Positions 30,204 to 41,089 of a stretch of 64,000 nucleotides of DNA are shown in pieces. Where the stretch lies: NCBI GenBank assembly GCA_963662275.1, contig OY759316.1:2336001-2400000 (forward strand). The letters run 5' to 3'. The position numbers were made by a program, and so were the translations under genes. This DNA is from Candidatus Cloacimonadales bacterium (GTDB taxonomy: Bacteria > Cloacimonadota > Cloacimonadia > Cloacimonadales > DAONDQ01). How positions within the stretch are numbered: the stretch's first letter is position 1; each line of letters begins with the position of its first letter. The notes under the pieces were generated by a model, which was given only the letters and a program-made list of their open reading frames with translations, searched no databases and was not told where the DNA came from.

Positions 30204-32291
30204 ATGAAACCTACTTTCTTATTCTTATTCCTTTGTTTAATCGTCTTTCCCATATTTGCCCAAGAACATATCCTGGTTGATTGTATTCACGGAGCAAATT
30301 ATGCTGTTTCCTTTGAAGGACCTGTTGCTATCGATTTTCAAGCTGTCTTTCCCAATGATATCCTTACTATTGTCAATCCTGACAGCCTGCGGGACTTGAC
30401 CATCCTTGAAGACCAAGATATTCTTGCAGGACAGTACACTTTCTTGTTTAACCTGCCTTCAGTTACCATCCCTGAAGAAATACAGACGCTCTATGTTATC
30501 GTTCACGACGATAGCGGTGTGATATTGAATGGGATCACGGGTACAATAACAGGACCCGACAGCATACTGACTGAAACTCTCTTCAATGGTTCCGGACACA
30601 TTGATGCAGCCTATGGAAGTGGCTGGGAAGTGAGAGTTCAAACTTCGAGCAATGCTCATATATTTGTTGGTTACGGTTCAACTGTTTTTTCAGGTCCCGG
30701 ACATTCAGGTCATTATAATCTCGAAAATTACGATGCCATCCTTCGTATTTGCGACTCATCATATCTTGCATTTTTGACAGAAACTCCAGATTATTCAGTT
30801 TCTGATCTCGGTGCAATATCAAATGGGTTCACAAATGGACTTTCTTTCATGAATATCTTTAATTTGATGAATATAATGGTAGATAAACCATTTATTCATA
30901 TGTATACGAATGAGAATTTGTCAGCTTCTGTCAATGTCTCCCTACCAGGAAAAAGAACCATGGCTTTACCCAAACCAGAGGGAGATGAAAAGGACTTTGG
31001 CTGGAATCAAATACAGTTGAAGCCGAATTCACAAAACGAACATGTGTATGAAGGTGCACTTAACCAAAAGCTTAATTTCCTACATTTCAATGTCTCAGGT
31101 TCAAGTATTGAATTCTATAATCAAATTGATGTTCCGTTGCAGGATTTAATACTGATTAAAAGCATTAATCCAACCCATTATGAAATTGGCACAAGCCCTG
31201 TTGTATTCCCTAGAGTAAATGATAGAATCAAACAATGGAAAACATATTCAACCTGCGAAGCAAGAGATTTTCTACTGGCTGAGTTATTTAACCAATGCAT
31301 AAAAAGCGGATTTACTCAACAGGAAGCACGGCATTTTTCCTCTGAACTTCCATGGGTAGATGTTCTATTGTTGAGAGCTGTAAAACACCCTGATCAGTAT
31401 TTCGGGTTATATCGTTTTGACAATGATATCTATGACAAGCTGATTCCCGTTGATATCACACCGTTACCATCAGCAGTAGAACGTAATATGTGGGTCATGG
31501 TGTCGAATATCCAACCCAGTGATTATGAACAGGCTAGCCCATTGAATAATGATATTACCAGATATTCACAGCAGAATGGAAGGGAGAATTTCCTTTATCG
31601 GGAATATGGCATGGTGGATGAACGCTATTCCATGCAGAATTCCACACGTGAAACAGGCTTCTTCGAAATCGATGTTTTTAATCAGGATGTATTTCACGGC
31701 GAACTTGCTTTTTTCAATAATCCTTTCTCGAACGCTTTAGCAGGATATGCACCATCACTTGTATTTCCCTATAGTTTGACCAGCTTCAGCGTAGATTATC
31801 CAGGACATTACGGTATTTTGTATGATGCTTTTGATGAAGCCCATCCATATGCTGTAGCGAAACCTATCTTAACCCAGGGAAGGGTGTTTGTCTTAGGTAC
31901 ATCAGCACAATTTATTAATGCAACTCAATTTCCTTTTCTTGATGCAGCGATGGATTCTTTAATTCATAGTCCAAACCTCATTACGGAAAATGCTCCTGAA
32001 CCTGTTATTATGACGAAACAAGTATCGCTGAATAACTATCCAAATCCTTTTAATCCAGAAACTACGATTCAGTTCTCAATTCCTGTAAAAGGAAAAGTGA
32101 AGATAGATCTCTATAATATCAGGGGACAACTGATAAAATCACTTCTTTCTGCTAATATGGAAGAAGGAATGCATTCCATTTCCTGGAAAGGATTGAATCA
32201 AAACCAGGAACCGGTTGCTTCACAAGTAATTCTTTGCCGGATGCAATACCAAGGTGGCAATTATACAAAGAAGATTGTCTTGATGAAGTAA
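30204..32291 (+). CDS. Secreted hypothetical protein with T9SS-like C-terminus (paralog 2)
   Basis: Shares HGANY, KPFIHMYT, LPKPEG, LPWVD, YREYGMVDE and LIHSPNL with the previous gene. Confidence 0.8.
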   Translation: MKPTFLFLFLCLIVFPIFAQEHILVDCIHGANYAVSFEGPVAIDFQAVFPNDILTIVNPDSLRDLTILEDQDILAGQYTFLFNLPSVTIPEEIQTLYVIVHDDSGVILNGITGTITGPDSILTETLFNGSGHIDAAYGSGWEVRVQTSSNAHIFVGYGSTVFSGPGHSGHYNLENYDAILRICDSSYLAFLTETPDYSVSDLGAISNGFTNGLSFMNIFNLMNIMVDKPFIHMYTNENLSASVNVSLPGKRTMALPKPEGDEKDFGWNQIQLKPNSQNEHVYEGALNQKLNFLHFNVSGSSIEFYNQIDVPLQDLILIKSINPTHYEIGTSPVVFPRVNDRIKQWKTYSTCEARDFLLAELFNQCIKSGFTQQEARHFSSELPWVDVLLLRAVKHPDQYFGLYRFDNDIYDKLIPVDITPLPSAVERNMWVMVSNIQPSDYEQASPLNNDITRYSQQNGRENFLYREYGMVDERYSMQNSTRETGFFEIDVFNQDVFHGELAFFNNPFSNALAGYAPSLVFPYSLTSFSVDYPGHYGILYDAFDEAHPYAVAKPILTQGRVFVLGTSAQFINATQFPFLDAAMDSLIHSPNLITENAPEPVIMTKQVSLNNYPNPFNPETTIQFSIPVKGKVKIDLYNIRGQLIKSLLSANMEEGMHSISWKGLNQNQEPVASQVILCRMQYQGGNYTKKIVLMK

Positions 32292-32357
32292 CATTAAGAT
32301 CATTGAATGTTAGGTAATGCCAGAAATATGTTACTTTAGGTAACTAGGGGTAACTTA

Positions 32358-33005
32358 TTGGAAAATAGATATATTCTAGTAGCTGGCATCATTCTGTTTA
32401 TAGGTGTATGTGCCTATGCAAGCTATATGATGCTAGCTCCTATTGCCGATGATAGTTCATTGGACCTGATTCAAACGAATTTTGATCCAATCCAGATCAT
32501 GGATTATTCAACGAAGTTACCCTCAATAACGAAAACCGGTGTCACATTTGATTTAAGCGCTAAGGCAAAGTATGAACTCTCAGGGGTGGTTGAAAGTACA
32601 AAAGAATATAGCATAGATACTGTCAGCAGAATTGCACCTTACGATTATGCCATTTGTTGGGGAGATGTTCCTGAGATGGCGAAATATATGCATTTCAGTC
32701 AATATGGTCGCTTCTGTAATTATACCTACGATCTTGACTCACCTGTTAATCCGAAGTATGTAGTCAGTCATATGTCAAATAATCATATGATCCCTTCCAA
32801 TTCGAATATTAAAAGAGCTCTACCTCTTGCAAAAAAAGGAGATAAAGTCTTGGTTGGAGGGTATCTTGTTTGGGTTACAGGCAACCATCCTGCCAGGGGT
32901 TCATTTCATTGGAATTCTTCCTTACGCCGTGATGATTGGGGTAATGGAGCATGCGAGATCATTTATGTGACTAAGCTGCAAATTAATGATAAGGTGTATG
33001 AATAG
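32358..33005 (+). CDS. Hypothetical membrane-anchored protein
   Basis: N-terminal TM segment; motifs SNNHMIP and WNSSLRRDDWGNGACEIIYV. Confidence 0.65.
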   Translation: MENRYILVAGIILFIGVCAYASYMMLAPIADDSSLDLIQTNFDPIQIMDYSTKLPSITKTGVTFDLSAKAKYELSGVVESTKEYSIDTVSRIAPYDYAICWGDVPEMAKYMHFSQYGRFCNYTYDLDSPVNPKYVVSHMSNNHMIPSNSNIKRALPLAKKGDKVLVGGYLVWVTGNHPARGSFHWNSSLRRDDWGNGACEIIYVTKLQINDKVYE

Positions 33006-33031
33006 CTTATAATTAATAATGTGATGAAGAC

Positions 33032-33204
33032 GTGCTCATCTCCCTCCCTTTGGATAAAGAAGTGTTCATCTCCCTCCCTTTGGATAAAGGGAGGGATTAA
33101 GGGAGAGTTTGATTCTCTACTTCACTTATTCTACAATCTGTTGTCTCTTATTGCTTTTCAAACTCTCCGACCTGAAGGTCACCTCCCTTTATCCAAAGGG
33201 AGGA
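33032..33204. repeat. Palindromic doublet / MITE-like intergenic element
   Basis: CCTCCCTTT-N4-AAAGGGAGG palindromes in inverted arrangement (33071-33096 and 33182-33203) plus a ~30-bp tandem duplication. A related single copy lies at 40611. Confidence 0.6.
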
Positions 33205-33251
33205 ATGGGCTAGTAGCCACCTCACTATTCCCTACTCTGTAATTCTTAGTT

Positions 33252-35330
33252 CTATTTAGCCTTCCATACTAAATCACTATTACTTGAAGGGGACAAATCC
33301 CCTGAATCTATCGGTTTATTTGCTTCTTTTGACAAGTCAAACACTTGCCAACTCTGATTCTGGTAATGAAACATCTTTCGGAAAGATGGAACTGCAGAAT
33401 CATCATTCCAGATATATAGTGTCATAAGCTTCTCATGATTGTAACAATTAACATCAGAAATCAACAAAGAAGCCAAAGGGTTATTATATAGCTTTCCATT
33501 AGCTTCAAAGGATTCTGGATGGATGATGTATAGGTGCTGTATTGATAGAGGAAGCGAGCTGAATATTCTATTGTCATTATATTTACCAAGTATGAAGAGA
33601 TTACGATTCTTCAAATCTTCTTCAGTTACGCTATCTGCGGGTAAAGATGTAAATTGATAGTCACTTTGTTTGAGCATCATTATGAGCATTTGCAAACGAT
33701 CCAGCGATTCTCCTTTTGTAGGAAGAATGATCAGCGGGTTAGCTGACATAACACGATTCAGGTTATATGGCATTTCATTATCAGAAATAGCTCTTAGTAT
33801 TTGATATTCAGGATCAACCGTTATTTTATTTATTTTTCCCCACGGTGTGAAAGAATAGGAAGCAGACACGTTCTTTATGGGAATATTCAGTTTTTCTGTA
33901 TTATCATCCATTTCAACATGAACAGGGACTCTCATTGCAAAGACGGGATTTTCCTGTTTTAAATTAATGACCCAGTTATGAGCAGAATGGGTTACACTTG
34001 ATATTTTGATCTGTGGAAGATCAAGACGATTCAGAGTTTCTTCACATAGCTTGTGAATATTCTCGGTATTATCAGGTGAGTTCTTTGTTAGAGCTACCTC
34101 AAAGTCATTCCAGGTTGCATACTTACCTAAGAATTTTCCAATCACTTGACGAAGTGAATTAAAAAATGCTTCTTTCCCAGTTAAATTATATAATTCATAA
34201 AAAAGCATGCTTCCTTTCTGGTAACCAATTACTGCATCATCATCGTTACGCTGGTAGCGGAAATCTGCGAGTGGATAGTTTTTCTCGGGTGCTAACTGAT
34301 TTATCGAAAATATGGCATTCTTACGATAATCTATCTGTTTTTCCCGATCTCCAGTCAATTCGTTCCAATAGTAATTCGAGCTGAAAGCCGTGAGTGCCTC
34401 ACACCAGTTACCTGTGCCAGGTTTTACCATGACACTATTTCCCCACCAATTATGACAAAACTCATGGGCTAAAGAGCCAGGATCTGTAATAATAAAGGGC
34501 ATCTTTACGATGTCCTTAGCTAATAGTGTATAATTTGGCATCCCATAACCGCTGGCAAAGAAGTTTTCCACCATACTGAATGAGGAAAAAGGGTAAGTAC
34601 CCAGCAATGGATAGTATTTATTATAAATATCCTCCATAGCATCCAGATAGGTATCTGCCAATTTCGCCTCTTCGGGTAACAAATAGACTGCCAGACGCTT
34701 TTCTCCTATATGCCGTTCCCGTACTATAAATCGGTTCCCGCACAGAGTTAGTCCATCCGTTGGGAGTTCAGTCTTCCAGGAATACACATTGTTACTTCCT
34801 TTCGCTAGTTTGCTTTCGTTTCCGGAAGTAATCAGGGAAAATTCCTTCAAACACGTCGCAATCACTGAATAAAAACTTAATTCTTCATCTTCATGCATAG
34901 GATACCAACTACCCGATGGGAGAAATATACCTTCGCCTGGAGAGTCCGAAATCATACCTCTGCTGAAATCATGTCCCTGGTTAAGGTTTCTTCCCTGTAA
35001 GGCAAAAAATATCTCTCCTTCGTAAGATATTGAGTAAATAGAGGCATTCTTCTCAGGAAAGATCGTGATTGAATTGTATCCAGATGAATCAGCCTTAATT
35101 TCGTACTTGATTTTCTTACCATTTGTCTTAATCGACTTAATATTTAAATTGGAGGGTAGATAGAGTGTGTCAGGTTCTATCAGGACAGCTATATATTCAA
35201 TGCTATCCGTAGCTTTCAGGATGTGATTGGCGGGATCAAGTTTCATGACTATCCTATGATTTTTAATTGGAAAAGAATACATATTTGTGAATAGGATTAT
35301 CAAGGCTAGCAGAATGAAAAAACGATTCAT
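33252..35330 (-). CDS. M1 family aminopeptidase-like zinc metallopeptidase
   Basis: GYGMP, LAHEFCHNWWGN...WCEAL (HEXXH-X18-E), GYQKGSM. Signal peptide present. Confidence 0.85.
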   Translation of the reverse strand: MNRFFILLALIILFTNMYSFPIKNHRIVMKLDPANHILKATDSIEYIAVLIEPDTLYLPSNLNIKSIKTNGKKIKYEIKADSSGYNSITIFPEKNASIYSISYEGEIFFALQGRNLNQGHDFSRGMISDSPGEGIFLPSGSWYPMHEDEELSFYSVIATCLKEFSLITSGNESKLAKGSNNVYSWKTELPTDGLTLCGNRFIVRERHIGEKRLAVYLLPEEAKLADTYLDAMEDIYNKYYPLLGTYPFSSFSMVENFFASGYGMPNYTLLAKDIVKMPFIITDPGSLAHEFCHNWWGNSVMVKPGTGNWCEALTAFSSNYYWNELTGDREKQIDYRKNAIFSINQLAPEKNYPLADFRYQRNDDDAVIGYQKGSMLFYELYNLTGKEAFFNSLRQVIGKFLGKYATWNDFEVALTKNSPDNTENIHKLCEETLNRLDLPQIKISSVTHSAHNWVINLKQENPVFAMRVPVHVEMDDNTEKLNIPIKNVSASYSFTPWGKINKITVDPEYQILRAISDNEMPYNLNRVMSANPLIILPTKGESLDRLQMLIMMLKQSDYQFTSLPADSVTEEDLKNRNLFILGKYNDNRIFSSLPLSIQHLYIIHPESFEANGKLYNNPLASLLISDVNCYNHEKLMTLYIWNDDSAVPSFRKMFHYQNQSWQVFDLSKEANKPIDSGDLSPSSNSDLVWKAK

Positions 35331-35494
35331 ATAATTACTCCTGATTTACGATGAGCTATGTTGTTTATTAATAATCTGAAGTGTCAATAAGTAATTGGAT
35401 TGCTATCTTCAGATGGTACTATGTGCTCTGTTACTGGCTTCTTTAAGGACATGGACTAAAGTCTACACAGCATTGTCAGGATTAAAATGTTCCA

Positions 35495-37606
35495 ATCGAG
35501 TAGGGTGATGCTGGCTAATTAATTCCAGCATCATCCCTCTCACAGAACCGTGCGTACGGGTCTCGTACACGGCTCCTGATAATCCTTGTAATTACTCGTA
35601 GTAATTAAATAAAACACTTGTCTGAAGTGATGTCAAATCAAACAACTTCATTTCTTCAAACCACTTGTTCGGCAAGGCAAAGCATAAGTGGAAGCTCTGA
35701 GCGTTACGCCATCTGGTCATAGATAGTTTTGGGCATTCTCCCTTGAAGCCTTGTCTGCGCATTGCTTTATGGAATGCTTTCCAGCTCTTCCATTCACGCA
35801 TCTTCTTCATTCGAAGCCTCCTTCGTATCCATTCCATCAGGCTCGCAAAGATGCTTTTACAACTCGCAACTTTGAAATAGTTACCCCATCCCCTTAGTAC
35901 AGGATTCAGGCTTCCTATCGTCATGGATATTGGGATGCCACTGTTGCGGGGAGTAAGCTTACGTATCTTATCCTTGAAACGTTTCAAACGCTCCTTGTCG
36001 ATGCAGACACGGCTTCCTTTGATGAAAAATCCCAGATAGCTGATTCCTGTTTCGACACTGCTGATATGAGTCTTTTCCAGATTGACTTGCAAGCGAAGTT
36101 CTTCAAGTATCGCTGTCGCTATCTTTTGATATTGCTCTGCCTTTTTCCTGGTCGGAGCAAATATCAGGATGTCATCAGCATAACGTACTATCCTGATATT
36201 CCGCTGTTTCATCCTCTGGTCAAACTCATCCAGATAGATATTCATCAATAAGGGTGAGATTACTCCACCTTGCGGACTGCCTATCTCAGTAGCTTTGAAA
36301 TCCCCATCGACCATTACTCCTGATTTGAGAAAACGGCTGATTAATCTCAGCAATGTACCATCACTGATTTTCCTGTTCAGACGGCTCAATATCAGTTCGT
36401 GGTCTAAGGTGTCAAAACACTTGGATAAGTCCATATCCACAGCATAACCCAAATTGTACGCTGTAAGAAAACGCTGAGCTTTCGCTACGGCATGTTGGCA
36501 AGACCGATGCGGTCTGTAGCCATAACTGGACGGATGGAAGTCAGGCTCAAATATCGGTTGTATGATATTCAGGATTGCCTGCTGCACTACTCTGTCTCTT
36601 ACCGTTGGAATGCCTAGCGGTCTCATTTTGCCATTGGGTTTGGGTATCTCTACACGTCTTACCGGTGAAGGCTCATAAGTGCCTGCCATTAGTTCATCGT
36701 GAAGTTGGTTGATGTTCACTACCAGTTGTTCGTCAAAGTTTTCTAGACTCTGCCCATCAATGCCTGATGCACCTTTATTCTGTTTCACCGAAGTGAAGGA
36801 AGCATACAGGTTGGACAGTGAGTACACTTTGTCGATTAAACTGTAGTATTTTCTCATGACATTTCCTGTCTCATTGTGATTCGTTTTGCGGTGTTCATCG
36901 AGGATGAATGTCTCTTCATCAGGGTGTCCTGCCTTCTTTAGCATATAGCAATATGACAGAACTGCTGCTTTTGAGCTTTGCCTGACTAATCAGTCTCGTG
37001 CGGTCGGGGTTGAAAGGAAGTTCGTCACCACTGTCAAACCGAGCCTCGAAGCATTTCAGCTTCTTCCTTCGTTTCTCACTTTTCATCGATTACTTTCCAC
37101 ATTTCAAATCATCCCTTTGGATTATCTTCATCCCTTCGCATGAACTGTATCCTTTTGAGATACAGCCCTCAGCATTACCGTGAATGCTGTCCCTTTTGTT
37201 TTATCCTCCAGACTGTCACCAGCTTTCATAGGCAAAAGGTTAATCACTACTACGGAATCATCTGCCACCTGCTATCGCTTGGCTTCTCACTTATCTTTCA
37301 ACTTGATCGAAGCTACTACCTTAAGTAGACAATAACAGGCTTCCCCAGTTAAGTTTTCCTGCCTGAATATGAAGCCATCTGTCATAATCTGTAGAGTTAT
37401 CCAGCTTTCGGGCTTTCCCACTTTTAGAAAGGTTACCCACTCTACAAACCAACATCAGTTCACTTGCGCTATGTTCCATATTCCCTCTGCGTCTTACTTC
37501 AGACCCTGCCGTTGCCGGCAACGCCCTTGACCTCGAGTTGACTTCCCGCTGATTAGGTGTCAGGACTTCTTCCAGTCCATCGGCGCAGAAAACATTCTGG
37601 GCAAAC
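35495..37606 (-). mobile_element. Group II intron, class IIC, inserted after a terminator
   Basis: 5' end GTTTGCCCAGAATG at 37606. Domain V GAGCCGTGTACGAGACCCGTACGCACGGTTC. Domain VI ends CCCTACTCGAT at 35495. A terminator hairpin lies directly upstream. Confidence 0.88.
35592..36857 (-). CDS. ltrA: Group II intron reverse transcriptase/maturase (no endonuclease domain)
   Basis: RPLGIPTVRDRVVQ, SYGYRP, PQGGVISPLL, VRYADD, LNPVLRGWGNYF. Probable start is MRKYYSLIDK at 36857. Confidence 0.93.
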   Translation of the reverse strand: MRKYYSLIDKVYSLSNLYASFTSVKQNKGASGIDGQSLENFDEQLVVNINQLHDELMAGTYEPSPVRRVEIPKPNGKMRPLGIPTVRDRVVQQAILNIIQPIFEPDFHPSSYGYRPHRSCQHAVAKAQRFLTAYNLGYAVDMDLSKCFDTLDHELILSRLNRKISDGTLLRLISRFLKSGVMVDGDFKATEIGSPQGGVISPLLMNIYLDEFDQRMKQRNIRIVRYADDILIFAPTRKKAEQYQKIATAILEELRLQVNLEKTHISSVETGISYLGFFIKGSRVCIDKERLKRFKDKIRKLTPRNSGIPISMTIGSLNPVLRGWGNYFKVASCKSIFASLMEWIRRRLRMKKMREWKSWKAFHKAMRRQGFKGECPKLSMTRWRNAQSFHLCFALPNKWFEEMKLFDLTSLQTSVLFNYYE

Positions 37607-37637
37607 TAAAAAGAGGCAGGATTTTCTTCCTGCCTCT
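37607..37637 (-). terminator. Rho-independent terminator, serving as the intron target
   Basis: The minus strand reads AGAGGCAGG-N8-CCTGCCTCT-TTTTA, followed immediately by the intron 5' end. Confidence 0.85.
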
Positions 37638-37680
37638 CACTATTCCGTTTTACCGGTTGCTTGTTATTCTTAACTTATTT

Positions 37681-39750
37681 TTACTTTACAATCACCATTT
37701 TCTTAGTAGTATTGATACTAGGCGAGTTGAGCTTGTAGAAATATATTCCACTACCGCAAACTGCACCCTTTTCGTTACGACCATTCCAGGTGATCTTGTA
37801 CGAACCGGCTTGACGGACATAAGTCTTTACAGTCTGTCCAAGTACATTGTAGATTATTAAAGTAGCTGTTTCACCTGTCTTAACATCCATTGCAATGTTA
37901 GTGGAAGTATGTTCATTGAATGGATTTGGATAAGCTTTTCTGAGCACTGTTGTGATTGGTATAATTGGAGTATTGTCATGTGTATTTACGACCACATAAT
38001 TGCTGAAGCTGTTTGTGCCATCGAAATTAATCATCTCCAACCAATAGTAATATGTGGTTTCAGGATCTACTTCACTATCTACAAAATCGTAAGTGTGCGT
38101 TGAACTGGTATTTGTACCATTGATTAATCTACTGTTAACTTTTCTTGCAGTAGCAATTATACCATCATCTGACCGTAGAACATTGAAACCGAGGTTGTTA
38201 GTTTCTGATTGTGTAATCCACTGCAGGCTAACGAACATATCTGCAGTAACAGTAGCAGCAAATGATGACAATTCCACAGGAAGCTCAACATTTTCTACAC
38301 CTAAAGTATAGATATCCCGATCATGATCTGTCAATAATTCGTTCCTGCGGTCCATCCAGGCATAAAGAGCTTTGCTATCGATATTGCTGACAAGCATTGG
38401 ATAAGTCTGATTCATAGGAGTTTCTCCAACTTGCCAGGTGCAGATTCCGAAGCCATTAGCCTGACCTTCTCCAGTAAAACCACCTGTTGCATCCAGATGA
38501 TTACCGTATATATCATAACCATTTGTTAACAAATTCCGTCCATCCTGCCAAACGATATGAGCTCCGTCAAACCCGTCTGAGACTGCTTGCGGATATAATT
38601 GATCACCAACAACATCACAAACAGTTACAGGAATACCTGTATTCCAGACGAGTGAACCGGAAGTTGAACCTGTTACCTTTTGAGCATAGATATCAAAATC
38701 AGTGGTGATATTGTCATACCAAACAATGATAGCAGAATTTGTACCAGCGCTAACAATTGATGGATTCAAAGAAGTATAGGCAGCATATCGTAAGCATATC
38801 CCGTTCGATGTCCATTGGATATTATCACTAAAGACTCTTTGGACATAAAGGTTGTATTGAGCCCCATTAACGAAGTCTTCCCATACTATAATTGCGCTTC
38901 CAAGTCCATCATTGACTAACTTTGGATTTACCTGGTTATAAGCGGCAATACATGCAGGTACTCCACCGCCTGACCATACGATATTACAGCTTGTGTCAAA
39001 TCGTTGGGCATAGATGTCTATACCGGCATAAATATCATAAAAATACTGCTCATAGGCAACAATAGCTCCACCGGCACCATCAGGGCAGACTTCTGGATTG
39101 ATTTGGTTATTTGCATCAATCTGGAGAGGAGATCCATCAGCAAGACCGAGTAAGCTGCCCGGTGAAGTAATATGCACAGCATAAATGTCATAATCAACAT
39201 TTCTGTCATCAGACCAAACAACGAAGGCACCACTAGCACCATCAGAAGCCATTTTAGGGGGTGATTGGGTTGAAGGATCCGTACAAATAGCAATACCATT
39301 GAGTAACCAAGCTGGATCACCATTGGAGTCTATCCTTTGGGCATAGATATCATAATTTCCATTACGCATATCCTGCCAGGCAATAATTGCTCCACCGACT
39401 CCATCACTAACCATGGACAGTTGCCCTTGTTCATAAAGAGAACTGCAGACGATTTTGCCGTTGATAGTCCATTGCATCACACCCATTGAATTGAATCTTT
39501 GAGCCCATATATTGAAGTTCCCTGTTGCACGTGAATCCTGCCAGGCAACAATAGCGCCACCTACACCATCACTAACGATGATTTGGGAATTTTGGTCATT
39601 GACAATTTTAACGACCGGAATACAAGTTTTCACATCTGCAGCCCAGATGCTGAAGCTAACGACGAGTAGAAGAATAAGAATTAATGTCTTTTGCATGTTT
39701 TTTATATAAATAGTACAGCTTTCTTCTGTACTCCCTTCACTCAAAGACAT
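37681..39750 (-). CDS. Secreted repeat protein (SDGxGGAIxxWxDxR repeats) with LPVEL module and T9SS-like C-terminus
   Basis: About 7 repeats of SDG.GGA..AW.D.R...DIYAQR; LPVELSSF; YPNPFN. The start may be at 39696. Confidence 0.8.
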   Translation of the reverse strand: MSLSEGSTEESCTIYIKNMQKTLILILLLVVSFSIWAADVKTCIPVVKIVNDQNSQIIVSDGVGGAIVAWQDSRATGNFNIWAQRFNSMGVMQWTINGKIVCSSLYEQGQLSMVSDGVGGAIIAWQDMRNGNYDIYAQRIDSNGDPAWLLNGIAICTDPSTQSPPKMASDGASGAFVVWSDDRNVDYDIYAVHITSPGSLLGLADGSPLQIDANNQINPEVCPDGAGGAIVAYEQYFYDIYAGIDIYAQRFDTSCNIVWSGGGVPACIAAYNQVNPKLVNDGLGSAIIVWEDFVNGAQYNLYVQRVFSDNIQWTSNGICLRYAAYTSLNPSIVSAGTNSAIIVWYDNITTDFDIYAQKVTGSTSGSLVWNTGIPVTVCDVVGDQLYPQAVSDGFDGAHIVWQDGRNLLTNGYDIYGNHLDATGGFTGEGQANGFGICTWQVGETPMNQTYPMLVSNIDSKALYAWMDRRNELLTDHDRDIYTLGVENVELPVELSSFAATVTADMFVSLQWITQSETNNLGFNVLRSDDGIIATARKVNSRLINGTNTSSTHTYDFVDSEVDPETTYYYWLEMINFDGTNSFSNYVVVNTHDNTPIIPITTVLRKAYPNPFNEHTSTNIAMDVKTGETATLIIYNVLGQTVKTYVRQAGSYKITWNGRNEKGAVCGSGIYFYKLNSPSINTTKKMVIVK

Positions 39751-40242
39751 ACCCGTTGCACATCTAGCTACAATTTTATTATCACTGCACCAATTAGTTA
39801 ATCATGAAATCTGCAAATGCCAATTTTTATTTTAGCATAATTTGAATTTCTTGAAATACTATAAGTTTTTTATCATTTCAAATTTCTCTTATACATACAT
39901 AACTTGGCTTCAGATGGTTATATTAAAAAAATTGACCGTTTAATCTCACTATAAACACTCTTTTGGTTTTTTAAAATCTTTCTTTAAGTCTTGACGAACA
40001 TAAAGATTCAAATAAAGATAGCATTTCGATGAAAATGGTTTTCGCTACTGAGGATGAAAGCTGAGTTCTCCGAGTGAACTGATTTATCTATTTGTATCGA
40101 GGAGACGACATTTATACAACCTTGAGTATAGTATCGCTTCATTTCGATACAATTTCTCCTTCGTCGAAATCACTCAATGAACCGTGTATTCTCTCGTTCG
40201 ATACTTTAGCTTTCATGTAAGCCAAAATCATTAGGAGGTATT

Positions 40243-40578
40243 ATGTCATCAAGACAAGAAATCGCAGATTTTATCGTAAGCCAAATCCAACCACTCGGAT
40301 ATGTGACTGCCAAGAAGATGTTCGGAGAATATGGTTTATTCTGTGAAGGTAAGATGGTAGCCTTGATATCTGATGACCAGTTGTACATCAGACCAACAGT
40401 ATCAGGCAAAGAATTCATCGGAGATGTGGAAGAAGCACCACCCTACCCTGGAGCAAAGAATTATTTTCTCATCCCCGAAGATCAATGGGATGATGCAGAA
40501 TGGCTGAGTGAGCTGATTCGTATCACTGAGCCTGAAACACCGCTGCCAAAGCCGAAGAAGAAGAAAACTAATAGCTAA
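40243..40578 (+). CDS. TfoX/Sxy N-terminal domain protein
   Basis: KKMFGEYGLFCEGKMVALISDDQLYIRPT, PPYPGAK. AGGAGG RBS. Confidence 0.85.
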   Translation: MSSRQEIADFIVSQIQPLGYVTAKKMFGEYGLFCEGKMVALISDDQLYIRPTVSGKEFIGDVEEAPPYPGAKNYFLIPEDQWDDAEWLSELIRITEPETPLPKPKKKKTNS

Positions 40579-40936
40579 TAACTAATAACTAAAAGTCGCA
40601 GAGATGGATGTCCTTCCCTTTAGACAAAGGGAAGGTGGCACGAAGTGACGGATGAGTTTATTCTTCTTTGTTGTAGAGTAGGACTCCGATCCTGCTTCCT
40701 GCTCTTCAATCCGCAGGATGCCACTCTGTTAGCCCAGGAAGTCCTTACTGGGTTAACGTTAATAAAAGAAAACCGCCTGAAGTCTGCGCGACACGAGTCC
40801 GTTAGGATGGCATTATCCAAACTTCCCTGGGATTCATATTACCTAGTGAATGGTTATTTATAAAACATTAGGCAAGTCCTGGGTGAATGTTATTAATAAC
40901 ATTCCATTGTGGTAAAAAGAGCATATATATTTTCCA

Positions 40937-41089
40937 AACCGCTCTTGAACCGCTCTCAAATGATCATCTAACCACCATCTAACGATCATCTAACCATCAT
41001 CTAACCAGTACCTAAAGTATTTTAGTTTTTGGCTAGTTCATGGTTACTTCGTATTTAACTATTAATTTCATGGTGGTTTAGGAGCCGTT
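40937..41089. repeat. 11-bp-period inverted repeat array B
   Basis: Seven AACCATCATCT-like units, a 10-bp centre, then six degenerate reverse-complement units. Confidence 0.7.

Noticed and set aside
35592..36944. Retron, DGR or defence reverse transcriptase
   Set aside because: Domain V/VI RNA, the maturase domain and insertion after a terminator identify a group II intron. No TR/VR pair was seen.
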